This document shows positions 19,386-29,430 of a stretch of DNA of 64,000 nucleotides, piece by piece. Source of the DNA: Nitrosopumilus sp. (GTDB lineage: Archaea > Thermoproteota > Nitrososphaeria > Nitrososphaerales > Nitrosopumilaceae); contig OZ250186.1 of NCBI GenBank assembly GCA_965238275.1, positions 1,952,001-2,016,000 of the forward strand, read 5' to 3'. Made by a program: the position numbers and the translations under genes. Position 1 is the stretch's first letter. The number at the start of each line of letters is the position of its first letter. The notes under the pieces were generated by a model. The model was not told where the DNA came from. It saw only the letters and a list, made by a program, of their open reading frames with translations, and made no database searches.

Positions 19386-21272
19386 CTATTGGTACATCTG
19401 TCCAAACATTCTGCTGTCTTTGGGTTTCTGTGCATCTACGTCGTTTTTGAATTCCGTAACTTCTGTTTTCTTCGGCTTCGCCATCTCGGCACAATTCTCC
19501 TGCATATTTTCATTGAACTGCGTCGCCCGTTCCGCAAGCGGCTCAGTCACCTCCCCTATCCCGAATTCTTTCGGAAGCGCGCCTTGCATTATCGGGCCTG
19601 CTGCACCTGCCATGGCACCAAGACCAAACGCTGTCGCCTTGTCCCAGAATGACGGTTTCTTTGCCCCTTCTGGCAGTTCCGGATTCGGCTCCGTAAGGCC
19701 GTGTTTCTGCCAAAATGACGGTTTCTTCTTTGGCGTCTCTTTCTGTCCGGCATCATCTGCGCCGGCATCAGTGCTGGCATCATCAGGAACATATCCACTG
19801 CTGCCCGCACCAGGAGGCGGTGTCCTCGTGTCGCCGCCTGGCATCACGCTTGGAATGACGCTTGGCCCACCACCCGCACCAAAACCGGTAGTACCGACAC
19901 CGGGAGCGCCAGCACCGGGAGCGCCACCTGGCATTATTTGGGCCTCGTTGACATTTGGCTGCATGCCTCCGCCGCCGCCTCCGCCGCCCAACATGCCAGT
20001 CTGGATGGCCGAAGAGACGGTACCGCCGACCACGCCCTTAGCAACGCCCAGTGCTGGACCGGCAGCGCCGCCTATTGCACCCGCGCCACCTATTGCACCC
20101 ATGCCGCCACTTACTGCCGCGCTTACAGTCGTGGCAGCAGCGATCAATGCGGCCTTCATCGCTTCCATCACCTCACCCTTGGTAGTCATCAACAACGAGC
20201 CGCCGACAGACGTGACTGCAGAAGAGCACAGAAAACACACGCATACCGCGGACAGCCAGCGTATCAGTGCCGGCTGGTCAAACGACGACTGCAGGTATGC
20301 CACTCCCGCGGTAAATATGATGGCAGACAATATTGGCGCCATCATCAAACCAAATATGGCGTTGACGTAGTCGCTGGCGTGCCGGTCAAATTTTGGAATC
20401 AGCGTCATCGGGAGAAATACCGGAATGGAAATCAAAATTATCATGGTGAGCACCACGCGCAGCACCCCCGTCACCCACATCTCCATACCGAGCAAAATCA
20501 CCACGTACGCCTTGAAGACGCCCAGGAACGCAATCGATATCGTCTCTTCCATGAATCTTGCCGGATCCACCAGGAACGTCGACCATGCCTCGGGATCCCA
20601 CGTGCTTGGCGGTATGATGTGCCCTGCCTCCATCCACAGCCACGCAGAACGCGCCGACGCGCGGCCCTCCAGCGTGGTCTGGTCTATCACAAGTCCGGTC
20701 AGGCCGATGTCCGTCCTGTCCTCGGGGAACGGCGCCATCAGGTACAGCGCCATCCCCTCTATTACCATCGCGGCCGGATCCCAGATGATTGGAAGTATCA
20801 TGATAATGACCAGGAACGGGATGACTTTCTTGACCCGCTCCACGGCGTTGGACTCGCTGGTAAAGCCGGTGCCGGACATCACGTACTCCATGACCGATAC
20901 CGCCACGACAAACATCATTATCACGATTGAATACTGCGCCAAAAACCAGTAGAACTTCAGGTATCCGGTCTCCTTGGCCTCGCACCCGGATCCGCCGCCG
21001 CCGCCGCCGCCGCCGCCCTCCGTGCATGTTTCAGACGCCTGAGCGCATTCCCAGGAAACGTGGTCTCCGCTTTCGTTGCATTCTGGAGTAGTAAGCACCC
21101 GCGCCCCGTCGTCGGCATACTCGTGGAACGTCGGCATGTCGGTGAGTATGGTCGGCAGTTGCAGCCCGGCAAGCGTGACAAACGACTGGCTTACGGCGAT
21201 TATGCCGGCAACCACAATTAGCATGATGGCAAGCATTCCCATTATGGTAAACACGCCGCGCCGTTTTGCCAT
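19386..21272 (-). CDS. VirB6/TrbL-like polytopic membrane protein
   Basis: Many TM helices followed by a Gly/Ala-rich low-complexity tail, the architecture of conjugative VirB6/TrbL; KKPSFW repeated twice. Confidence 0.65.
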   Translation of the reverse strand: MAKRRGVFTIMGMLAIMLIVVAGIIAVSQSFVTLAGLQLPTILTDMPTFHEYADDGARVLTTPECNESGDHVSWECAQASETCTEGGGGGGGGGSGCEAKETGYLKFYWFLAQYSIVIMMFVVAVSVMEYVMSGTGFTSESNAVERVKKVIPFLVIIMILPIIWDPAAMVIEGMALYLMAPFPEDRTDIGLTGLVIDQTTLEGRASARSAWLWMEAGHIIPPSTWDPEAWSTFLVDPARFMEETISIAFLGVFKAYVVILLGMEMWVTGVLRVVLTMIILISIPVFLPMTLIPKFDRHASDYVNAIFGLMMAPILSAIIFTAGVAYLQSSFDQPALIRWLSAVCVCFLCSSAVTSVGGSLLMTTKGEVMEAMKAALIAAATTVSAAVSGGMGAIGGAGAIGGAAGPALGVAKGVVGGTVSSAIQTGMLGGGGGGGGMQPNVNEAQIMPGGAPGAGAPGVGTTGFGAGGGPSVIPSVMPGGDTRTPPPGAGSSGYVPDDASTDAGADDAGQKETPKKKPSFWQKHGLTEPNPELPEGAKKPSFWDKATAFGLGAMAGAAGPIMQGALPKEFGIGEVTEPLAERATQFNENMQENCAEMAKPKKTEVTEFKNDVDAQKPKDSRMFGQMYQ

Positions 21273-21347
21273 GGTTTGGAGGATGCTTTGGCATTTAAGG
21301 GGCAAAAACCGGCTGCCGGCCTTTTATGCCGCGCGCAAATTCATCCC

Positions 21348-22001
21348 ATGGAAGAGATCCGCATGGCGTTGTTTCTTGGAATGTTTGCCGTGCTTGGGTG
21401 GTATGACTTTCGGACCCGCGAGATAGACGACAGGCTGTTTCTCGTATTCGGTGCTGCCGGTGCCGCACTGTACGTGTTTGACTGGCAGGACACGGACTCG
21501 TATGCGGTGCTGCTGGTACTGTGTTCTACATCGGCTGCAGTCATGCTGTGGAGGCTCAAGGTGTGCGGCACGGCCGACATGTTTGCCATAATTGCCGGCG
21601 CCGTCATATACCCTGTCTACGCGGGGTTCGTGCCCACCATGCTGATGGTGTTTATCGGCGGTATAGTGTTTGGCGTGGCCTTCACTGTTGGCGGGAACGT
21701 GCTGTTCAACGTGTCTGATGCTGCACGTGGCAGGCTGTTTGGCGACGTGTCTGACGGACGCATGCGCAAATGCCTTGCGTTCTTTTTGGTTCACCGACAG
21801 CGCGGGTTTGACAAGCACGTCTTTCTGGCAGAAGATACCGTGAAAGGCAGGCGCAGGCTGAAGATGGGGCGCAAGTCGGCCAGCCAGAAATTTGCAGGGC
21901 CGTCCACGCGCAACTACGTCGAGTACGCGCCCCCGTTCATAACGTTTGCAGCCGTGTCAGCGTTCTTTGTGGTTGCAGTCGCGTACGCGTACCAGTGGTA
22001 G
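21348..22001 (+). CDS. A24 prepilin/preflagellin peptidase-like protein
   Basis: WYDFRTREIDD (first Asp), CGTAD (GxxD), C-terminal PFI; multiple TM. Confidence 0.8.
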   Translation: MEEIRMALFLGMFAVLGWYDFRTREIDDRLFLVFGAAGAALYVFDWQDTDSYAVLLVLCSTSAAVMLWRLKVCGTADMFAIIAGAVIYPVYAGFVPTMLMVFIGGIVFGVAFTVGGNVLFNVSDAARGRLFGDVSDGRMRKCLAFFLVHRQRGFDKHVFLAEDTVKGRRRLKMGRKSASQKFAGPSTRNYVEYAPPFITFAAVSAFFVVAVAYAYQW

Positions 22002-22085
22002 GACGGCCGGAACCGCGTGTTGTGACCAGCATCTTGCCTGTCGTGCTACCACAAAACTCATTTACCATCCACGCACCATGTCATC

Positions 22086-22265
22086 ATGGACTGTGAGGAA
22101 GGCTTGCGCATGGTAGCACGTCTTCGCCAGACCGCAGACGAGGACGAAAGGGCAGGGAAATTAAAATCGGTCAATGCCTTGAGGGAACTCGCGCTCGCCT
22201 TTGAGTGTGTGGATTACGGCCTGTACATGTTCGAGTACAAGTACGGGATCAAGACGTGTGACTAG
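22086..22265 (+). CDS. small hypothetical protein (59 aa)
   Basis: ORF MDCEEGLRMVARL...GIKTCD read directly from the sequence. Confidence 0.45.
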   Translation: MDCEEGLRMVARLRQTADEDERAGKLKSVNALRELALAFECVDYGLYMFEYKYGIKTCD

Positions 22266-22509
22266 ATCCCGAGTTTTTTGCGCAATTCGGCTATCCTGTC
22301 CCTGTAGCCTTGTGCTAGCGGCAACGCGGCTGCAAATTCAACCGCCTTCACGGGATCGTCGCATATTTGCTTAGTCCTAGCCGGGATCTTCGCGTACTGT
22401 TTCTTCAGCACATCCAATTCTTCCTCGCCGTCTTTGGACACGGGATGCAGTACGCGTTCAGCATAAAAGGAGTCGCATGAGCCAATCTATGACTTGGCCG
22501 TTCCTTGAA

Positions 22510-22595
22510 TGGGAAGGGCGGGATTTGAACCCGCGAACCCCTTGGAGAGAGAGGGGGGATCTTAAATTCCCCCGCATTTGGCCAGGCCGTGCTAT
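22510..22595 (-). tRNA. tRNA-Leu(TAA)-like pseudogene lacking the 5' acceptor strand
   Basis: Reverse complement shows D-arm GCA-CGGCCTGGCCAAA-TGC, anticodon arm GGGGGA-ATTTAAGA-TCCCCC, long variable arm, T-arm GCGGG-TTCAAAT-CCCGC and 3' CCTTCCC-A. Confidence 0.75.
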
Positions 22596-22829
22596 AGTGA
22601 AAAGTGAAAGTTCGTGAATACATGATAACCCTGCCCACCCACCACATGTGGCGGGCTGACCCCTACAATTGCATGGTCACAAAGACCTGGTTCGTGAATG
22701 GGGCTATCCGAGCTGCTGTGTTACTGGACTGCGAGTCCTGATAGATGCATGCAGCTGCCGGCCCCGCATAATGATTAAACCGCTCAGAATATAACAAAAA
22801 CCGGTGCAAGGTTGAAGTTTGAGGAACGG

Positions 22830-23651
22830 ATGTGGAGTGATCTGGATCCTGCCAAGAAATACGCCGTGATGGACACGATGGTGCTGCTTATGGCGTTCCG
22901 TTATTCCGGCTAGACGACAAGAGACATCAGGGACACACTGGACGGACGCGTAATACTCATGGTTCCGTGCATCATTCGCGAGGCGTTTAACGTGTACAAA
23001 GAGATGGGCATCAGGGAGGACATCCTGGATTTTGAAGCGTTCGTAAATGAGAAGATGTGGGCCAGGTTCGGCGCATTGGTGACGGTAGGTCCGAGCCATA
23101 AGACGCGCAATGCCGCGTCAAGGACCCACAAAGAACAAAAGTATTGCAACAAGGAAGGCGCGTGCCTTTCGTACGTGGACTGCCTGATGCTGCGCCTGGC
23201 AGTCGAGAACCTGAACGTGGACGTACTGACCGAAGACGCCACGCTAATACGGGCGATATGCGCAGAATGTGGGTTTCTTGGTCGTCCGAGAACTTGTCGT
23301 GCCCTGAGCAACTACTACAACAGGCGGTTCTACGTCTCCAACATGATCCATTGGCTGGCACGCGGCAATCCTTTCGTCAACATACAGGACGTGTTGTGGG
23401 ACACGGAATACGAGTTCGACGGCTCGTGGCGCGTGATCGTGTCTGAAACGCCCACGCTGAGCGTCAGAATGGAAAAGATTGGAGACACGCGTGCGCCTTG
23501 CCCGTTTGCAGACGAACGGGGGGCGCTTGACGCGATACTGGCGTGCTGGAGTGCCGAGTACGGCGACTACTGCCGCAGCCACCATTCAAGCGAGTTCATG
23601 GACACGTGCACGTGTGGAAGATACCCGTATGATGAAAATACGGATTCATGA
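22830..23651 (+). pseudogene. PIN-domain nuclease with in-frame TAG at codon 28
   Basis: YAVMDTMVLL (before the stop at 22911-22913), CIIREA, LSYVDCLML and VLTED all in one frame. Confidence 0.75.
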
Positions 23652-23929
23652 CTGGATTAGCCGAAAGCCTGCAGGTTCCTGTACTTGCAGCCTGTCAAAC
23701 GCAGGAATGAAATCGTGCGGCTTGCACGGTCGTTTGAAAGATTTTACTACAGGCTGAACGGGTCAGACAAGCCAATGGCTTGGCCGAAGTGGGGCATGCA
23801 GGACAAGATGCGTCCAGCGTGCAGATGACATGTAGATCATGATTTCTAACTTGTGATTGTAACAGAAATATACGCACTGGCAGTCAGCACATGCACCATA
23901 TTTTTATAAAAACGCCCATAACGTGACGC

Positions 23930-24385
23930 ATGGACTTTTTCGAATGGTGGGATTCGGCCCCGTGCAGGCATGCCAACGCGGCATGCGGGCTGTACGGACA
24001 CAGCATAATATTCGGTTGCACCAACTGCCGCACACAGGCAACGTTCTCGCTCCATGACGACAAAACGGAATTTCACGTATCCATATCAGACGGCGGAAAA
24101 ACGAGATTCAACCACGTCGATATGGGCGATGCCGCACGGTTTGCCATGCGGATGGGCCGGATATTCATGCCCGAACAGGGCGCGGATCCGGAAAGCAGGA
24201 CATTTGAAAAAGACCGCGCAAGGCTTCGGGAACTGGTCGGGCTGCTTGACAGGCACGCGGATCTCACCGGCGGCGGCAAACTCATGCTGGTGGACGGCGC
24301 CGGGGCCACGCAAAAGTGCTCAAGATGCGGCGAGGCAGGATTCGAGGAGGCAGGGTGCCAGGCGTGCGGGTACATGGCGTCTTGA
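23930..24385 (+). CDS. hypothetical Zn-finger protein
   Basis: CxxC near the N-terminus and C-terminal CxxC...CxxC. Confidence 0.6.
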   Translation: MDFFEWWDSAPCRHANAACGLYGHSIIFGCTNCRTQATFSLHDDKTEFHVSISDGGKTRFNHVDMGDAARFAMRMGRIFMPEQGADPESRTFEKDRARLRELVGLLDRHADLTGGGKLMLVDGAGATQKCSRCGEAGFEEAGCQACGYMAS

Positions 24386-25065
24386 TGTGGCATCGTGCAT
24401 GCCTGATTGCGGCTCATGACTGTGGTTCTGCCGAATTTCCCACATAGAATGATCTACCGACAACTTCCCAGTCTCTTTGGGAATGCATCAACATGGCATT
24501 GCGCCCATGTTGCCGCTGCTGTACTCATAACGCCTGTTTTTCATGTGGTGTTGATACCTGCAGGGAGAAAGATTTCTTGCTCGGGGTTCTGGCGGCAGGC
24601 GTTGCCATTGGAATTGCGGGCATGTTTGCTTACACGTCATTGGAACGGAACAATCCGTTCAAGGCACCGTCATAGGGGAGCACGTGGATCCCTCGGACGT
24701 GCTCGATTTTGCACTGGGGTTTGCGGCCGGTCCGGACACGTTCCTGACCCACACACATGCAGCCGACATCATGCAGAAACTTGATTCGTAATCGGTAACA
24801 GGATCTGGCCGTGGAGCATCATTCGTGTGCTGAACTCCGTTCTCAAAATAAAAAAACGCATTAAAGTCAACGCCATCAGGCCATGCCCCTTCCATTGCAC
24901 CCTCAAGCCTGAAACCAGATGAAGAAGTACAGAACAGGCATAATTGCACCGGCCGCTGTTCTTTGCCAGCTCCTCGTCACTGCAGACGCTGCGTGTGATG
25001 CAACCCATGTGGTTTGGATTGGATGCACGTATACGCGTCAATTGACGGCATCATCAGATGACGTA

Positions 25066-25410
25066 CTATGAGAGAAAACTCTCTTCGGCCTTCCTGACCC
25101 TTGCCACCACATATATCCGGCTTGGGTGTTTGCCGCCTCCCGGTGACATGTTTGCGCCAAAAAAGTCAGGCTCGCCGAGCCGTCTGATGTCGTCGTTGCT
25201 CCATGCCCGCTGCCATGAAGGCGGGTGCGGTGTGCCAAGCTGGGTTTTTCTGACGTATTTTTCATGTTCCCCGGATCTAATATCATGGTTTATCTCCCGG
25301 GTGCAGCCATCACAGAGATACCTCTTCGTGCCCCTGTCAATCCACTTCCAATACTGTTCCTTTGTACGTTCGGGTTCCATTCCCTGACAGGCCGGACATG
25401 CGTATGCCAT
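25066..25410 (-). CDS. hypothetical Zn-ribbon protein
   Basis: CPAC...CDGC; TTTTATAAAA box upstream. Confidence 0.6.
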   Translation of the reverse strand: MAYACPACQGMEPERTKEQYWKWIDRGTKRYLCDGCTREINHDIRSGEHEKYVRKTQLGTPHPPSWQRAWSNDDIRRLGEPDFFGANMSPGGGKHPSRIYVVARVRKAEESFLS

Positions 25411-25565
25411 ACCGTGCAACGGTACGGATTTTATAAAATTGTTGTCAGTCACCGCCACGCTCCAGCGCCCTCTTGATGACACCCGGCGTGGAGAATCGCT
25501 TCTTCATGGGTGCTGGAAGTGCCGCCCAGGGTCAGTGCATGACTGGCTTGCCCCATCACTGATAT

Positions 25566-26165
25566 ATGGCAGGCAAAAAATCCCAAACCATGCCGAGCCC
25601 GTGGCAGACCAAGCCCGTAATTAAAATAGAGAACGTGGTCGCTACCGCGTCCGTGGGCCAGACGATGGACCTGCGCGACATCCAAGAAAAATTTCCGGGC
25701 ACCGAGTACCACCCGGAACGGTTCCCAGGTTTGGTGTTCAGGCTCGCGGTGCCAAAGACTGCCACTCTGATATTCAGGACAGGCAAGATGGTGTGCACAG
25801 GTTCCAAGTCAAAAGAGATGGCAGCCGAGGCGGTAGACACCGTGGTGAAAAAACTCAGGAAGGGCGGCATCGACATACGAAACGACGCGACAGTCACGGT
25901 CCAAAACATCGTGGCCGCAATAAACCTGGGCGGAAGAATCCACCTTGAAAAGGCCGCAAGGACGCTGCCGCGCAGCATGTACGAGCCCGAGCAGTTCCCG
26001 GGTGTGATACACAGGGTCGTGGATCCAAAGACTGTCATACTGGTGTTTGCCTCAGGCAAGCTGGTGTGCGCCGGCGCCAAGAAAGAGGAGGACGTGTTCC
26101 GCTCCGTGCACAACCTGCACGCGCTTTTGGAAGAGAAGGGCCTAATGATCTACGAATCCATGTGA
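25566..26165 (+). CDS. tbp: TATA-box-binding protein (island-borne paralogue)
   Basis: Two TBP repeats: ENVVATA...YHPERFPGLVFRL...LIFRTGKMVCTG and QNIVAA...YEPEQFPG...VFASGKLVCAG. Confidence 0.95.
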   Translation: MAGKKSQTMPSPWQTKPVIKIENVVATASVGQTMDLRDIQEKFPGTEYHPERFPGLVFRLAVPKTATLIFRTGKMVCTGSKSKEMAAEAVDTVVKKLRKGGIDIRNDATVTVQNIVAAINLGGRIHLEKAARTLPRSMYEPEQFPGVIHRVVDPKTVILVFASGKLVCAGAKKEEDVFRSVHNLHALLEEKGLMIYESM

Positions 26166-26213
26166 ATGGAATTCAACGAAACACCTTTCTACCCAAACCC
26201 GCAATCCGTGCTG

Positions 26214-26450
26214 ATGTCGGAACGAACCCGTAGCAATTGGTGGTTTTTGTTGCCCATATTTTTGGGCGTGGTTGGCGGCCTGATATCGTACTTTGTCATA
26301 CGCTCGGACGATCCCGACAAGGCAAAGAACAACCTGTACCTTGGCATCGCACTGACCGTGGTCGAAGTGGCGGCAAGTTTGGCGTTCTACTGGATTCTCT
26401 TGAATGTTAACTTGTTCCCGGGTTCTTCTGCAATCCCTGGTAGTGACTGA
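26214..26450 (+). CDS. small thaumarchaeal 2-TM membrane protein, 3' end abutting IS6
   Basis: RSNWWFLLPIFLGVVGG...DDPDKAKN. Confidence 0.7.
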   Translation: MSERTRSNWWFLLPIFLGVVGGLISYFVIRSDDPDKAKNNLYLGIALTVVEVAASLAFYWILLNVNLFPGSSAIPGSD

Positions 26451-26699
26451 GGTTCTCCTGCATCATCGGTTGGTGGCACAAATTCAGGATCTTCTCCAGA
26501 TTTACTTGCTGTTTTACGCACCGTTATGCCATTCCCCATTAAATCATAATTCCTCTAGGGAGAATCTGCCAGTTGTGATGGATAATCCCAGTCATTGCCA
26601 TGACATGCATTGATGGGACATCCATCACGCCAAGGCCAGTCTGGGCTACGTGTGTCGCTGCCGTTGCTACAGCTGCCGTTGCTACTGCTGCTGCTGCGA

Positions 26700-27846
26700 C
26701 TACGCTGCTGCTGCAGCAGCTGCTGCATTACTGATGAGGGTGATCTGCTTGTCCGTTCCAGATATGACGATCCCTGCGGCCTCTGCGGGTGTAATTTTGC
26801 CAATGCCGCCATGGGGGCGGAAAAAGTTGTGGTGGACGATCATCAGCCGCACAAGCGCGGGACTTTCTGTCCCGAACTCGCGGGCGGTCTTGATGCGATC
26901 CTTGAATTCACCGTTAAGCCTCTCGTGCTTGTTGTTATGACTGAAGCGGTTCTTCAGGTGAATCTCCCGGACGTGGATCAGCCTGAAGCCGTTGCGTCTC
27001 CAAAACGCCCTGCGGGCGGCAGGACAAAACGCCTGCAGGCCGTCTGTTACCAGCACCCACGGGGTGGTTCCGGCCAGATTCCTTGCGGCTGCAAACAGGG
27101 GGGCGGGTCTGTAGTTGAGTTTTGTCTCAGACACGTCATGGGACAGTATGAACCTGCTGGCGCCGTCCATGACGGCAAAAAGCCACCGCGCCTGCGCGCG
27201 AACCTTGAAATGTATCTCGTCACAGTGCCACTTGTAGCTCGTGCGCGGCTGCAGCCGCCTTGAATATTCATCCATCAGCGTCGAATAATGCGCAGTCCAC
27301 CTGTATATCGTGCTTGAATGCACGGTTGTTCCGTCCTGTGCCATCACTGCCTGCACCGCAGCGCAGGACAGCCCGTACGCTGCCTCCCTGAGTGCCCGGG
27401 ATATCGCCTCTGGGCCGGCATGGCGCTTCTTGAAGCCCGGCCGTCCGGAGAATGTCCGGCCGCACGGCTTACACCGGTACCGCCGGATCGGCCCGTACGC
27501 GTTGTGTCGGTGCCCGTTGCGTGCAAACACAGTCGACTTGCAATGGTGGCATGCAGTCTGAGGCATGCTAATGACAATTGTATTTTGGTTCCTGCACCGG
27601 TCCCACATCCGGCCAAGCAACACGTCCACTGCCCGCACGTGCTTGCACAGGCCGTCACAATTGACGTAATGCTGGCACGCGCATACAAACCCGGCAGAGC
27701 CAAGAATCACCAGATACCACAGTCCTGGAATAGACTGCGATGCCACATTCCATCGTCTGAGACTTGGTCATCCTCACCTGCTTTGGGTCGTCACTGATCA
27801 CCTGTCCCTGCCTTGCCGCCGTTTTGGCGCGTTTTGCCCTGTTCAT
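26700..27846 (-). pseudogene. IS6-family transposase with SWIM and Zn-ribbon domains, +1 frameshift near 27766
   Basis: One extra base relative to copy 2 splits the 381-aa ORF into the 63-aa and 348-aa ORFs. Confidence 0.85.
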
Positions 27847-27917
27847 AAATAAACCAATTGGTATTATTACATAGATCTTTCTACCAGTCTTAAATAACAG
27901 GCAGCTAAAAAAAATTC

Positions 27918-28094
27918 ATGACCCAGTGGGCCAAAGACGCCAAGGAATTTACCGTTTCTGTGATCAAAAACGAGAAGCGTCTGACAAACTACAGCTACAT
28001 ACCAAAACCGATACTTGAAATGCTTGGCAATCCCGACAAACTAAAGTTTGTCATTTCCGGCGATGACATAATGGTGCGCAGACCAGACGAGTGA
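27918..28094 (+). CDS. AbrB/SpoVT-like small protein inside IS6 copy 1
   Basis: 58 aa MTQWAKDAKEFTVSV...YIPKPILEMLGNPDKLKFVI. Confidence 0.7.
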   Translation: MTQWAKDAKEFTVSVIKNEKRLTNYSYIPKPILEMLGNPDKLKFVISGDDIMVRRPDE

Positions 28095-28204
28095 ATCTGG
28101 AGAAGATCCTGTGCCCGTTTTGTCTGGATTGTGTCACCAACCGATGATGCAGGAGAACCGGCCATTACTAAGGCATAAATAACGTTTTAAACGAAACTTA
28201 ACAC

Positions 28205-28681
28205 TTGCCGGATATAAAAGAGGCTGAGCTGACAGAGCCGAAGGCTTTGGATGCTGAACCCGAGGAGAATGTAGGTTTGAACAAGGCACTTGCCACTTAT
28301 CGAAAACTGATAGAGAATGACGGCAAAAACGTACTGACAGAAGAGCAACAGGAGTCACTGGAGAAGAAGATAAAGGAGATCGAGAACAGGGAGGTGGTAG
28401 AGAGGATTGATGATCACGAGCCAGTCGAGATACCGTTTGACGGCACCATACTGATTGGCCCTCCGACGCTGACTAGGTTTGAGAAGGCAAGAATTATGGG
28501 GGCAAGGGCACTGCAGCTGTCACTGGGGGCACCTCCATTCATACCAATTCCAAAGACTGCAAGAATCTCGCTGGACATATCCATGGAGGAGCTGGAGCAG
28601 AGGGTCATACCAATCACCATACGAAGGGTTCTGCCAAACGGCGACTACCAGAATATACCAATTACCAATTTTGAAAAATGA
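28205..28681 (+). CDS. rpoK: RNA polymerase subunit K (Rpo6)
   Basis: LTRFEKARIMGARALQLS...IPITIRR. Confidence 0.95.
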   Translation: MPDIKEAELTEPKALDAEPEENVGLNKALATYRKLIENDGKNVLTEEQQESLEKKIKEIENREVVERIDDHEPVEIPFDGTILIGPPTLTRFEKARIMGARALQLSLGAPPFIPIPKTARISLDISMEELEQRVIPITIRRVLPNGDYQNIPITNFEK

Positions 28682-28732
28682 ACCATTGGTCGATAAAACT
28701 TAAAAGAATAGAAAATTTCTGATTGTTAAATA

Positions 28733-29014
28733 ATGTCACTAAGAGGAGCAGACGGAACGATACAGGATCGCATAACGATTGAACACGATCCAGTCATGGA
28801 GTCAGTGGCGTACGTGCTGTCCAGACTGGATGGTGTCGGCAGACTGGCCTTGAGATCAAAAGGCAACTCCATCCCAAACGCGGTGGCAGTGGCAAACATC
28901 ATCAGGGATATGAACACGGGGGTCAGGGTGCAAAAGATTATCCTGGATACGGAATCGGCCCCCGGAATAGGCAGAATGACATCAACAGTAGAGATAATAC
29001 TGGACAGGTCCTAG
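28733..29014 (+). CDS. Alba-family DNA/RNA-binding protein
   Basis: LRSKGNSIPNAVAVANII...TSTVEIIL. Confidence 0.85.
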   Translation: MSLRGADGTIQDRITIEHDPVMESVAYVLSRLDGVGRLALRSKGNSIPNAVAVANIIRDMNTGVRVQKIILDTESAPGIGRMTSTVEIILDRS

Positions 29015-29430
29015 TAGACGCTTCCGGGACCCTTGAGCAGCATGTTCTCGCATTCTTTGCACACCTGCTCATCAATGTTGGACTCTAGGTTGTGGTGTAT
29101 CTCGCATATCAGCAGACTGGACTTTATGTAATTGCAGAGTCCGATGAATTTTGAGAGGCTCGAAGGCGTGTAGGCCAAGTCAGACGAAAGGTGGTCGCTC
29201 AGCTCGTCTATCATGACTGCGACCTGCTCTTCTGCCAGGAGCTTCATGATCAGGGACGGATCCCCACGCGTGCCGCGGATGTAGTTGCTTATTGCCGCCT
29301 GGGTGACGCCGAGCATCTTTGAGATTTCATCCTCCCTGATGTTATGTTCCTCTGCAAGCTTTTTTGCAAGGATGGCCCTCAATGCGGGAATCAGGGTCTT
29401 GGACTCAATCTCGGCAGGCAGAAGCATCAA
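29011..29430 (-). CDS. archaeal HTH transcriptional regulator
   Basis: ISKMLGVTQAAISNYIRGTRG with C-terminal CxxH...CxxC. Confidence 0.88.
   Translation of the reverse strand: MMLLPAEIESKTLIPALRAILAKKLAEEHNIREDEISKMLGVTQAAISNYIRGTRGDPSLIMKLLAEEQVAVMIDELSDHLSSDLAYTPSSLSKFIGLCNYIKSSLLICEIHHNLESNIDEQVCKECENMLLKGPGSVY

Larger units (their letters stand above)
13289..26450. mobile_element. degenerate integrated mobile element (ICE/plasmid-like island)
   Basis: Integrase at the left edge, VirB6-like gene, A24 peptidase, tRNA remnant, PIN, orphans and TBP. More CGC/CGT Arg codons than the AGG-rich backbone. Boundaries approximate, att sites not found. Confidence 0.7.
26451..28159 (-). mobile_element. 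IS6-family element, copy 1 (no TSD, frameshifted)
   Basis: TIR GGTTCTCCTGCATCATCGGTTGGTG...; near-identical to 43781-45474; ~15-nt insertion in the right TIR; flanks differ. Confidence 0.9.

Noticed and set aside
19267-20930. Long plus-strand ORFs (367 aa, 330 aa) and similar antisense ORFs elsewhere
   Set aside because: Shadows of GC-rich genes on the opposite strand with no recognisable motifs.
22911-22913. Pyrrolysine or genome-wide amber recoding
   Set aside because: TAG is a normal stop for core genes here (polB, asparagine synthase-related, prenyltransferase); only one case was seen.
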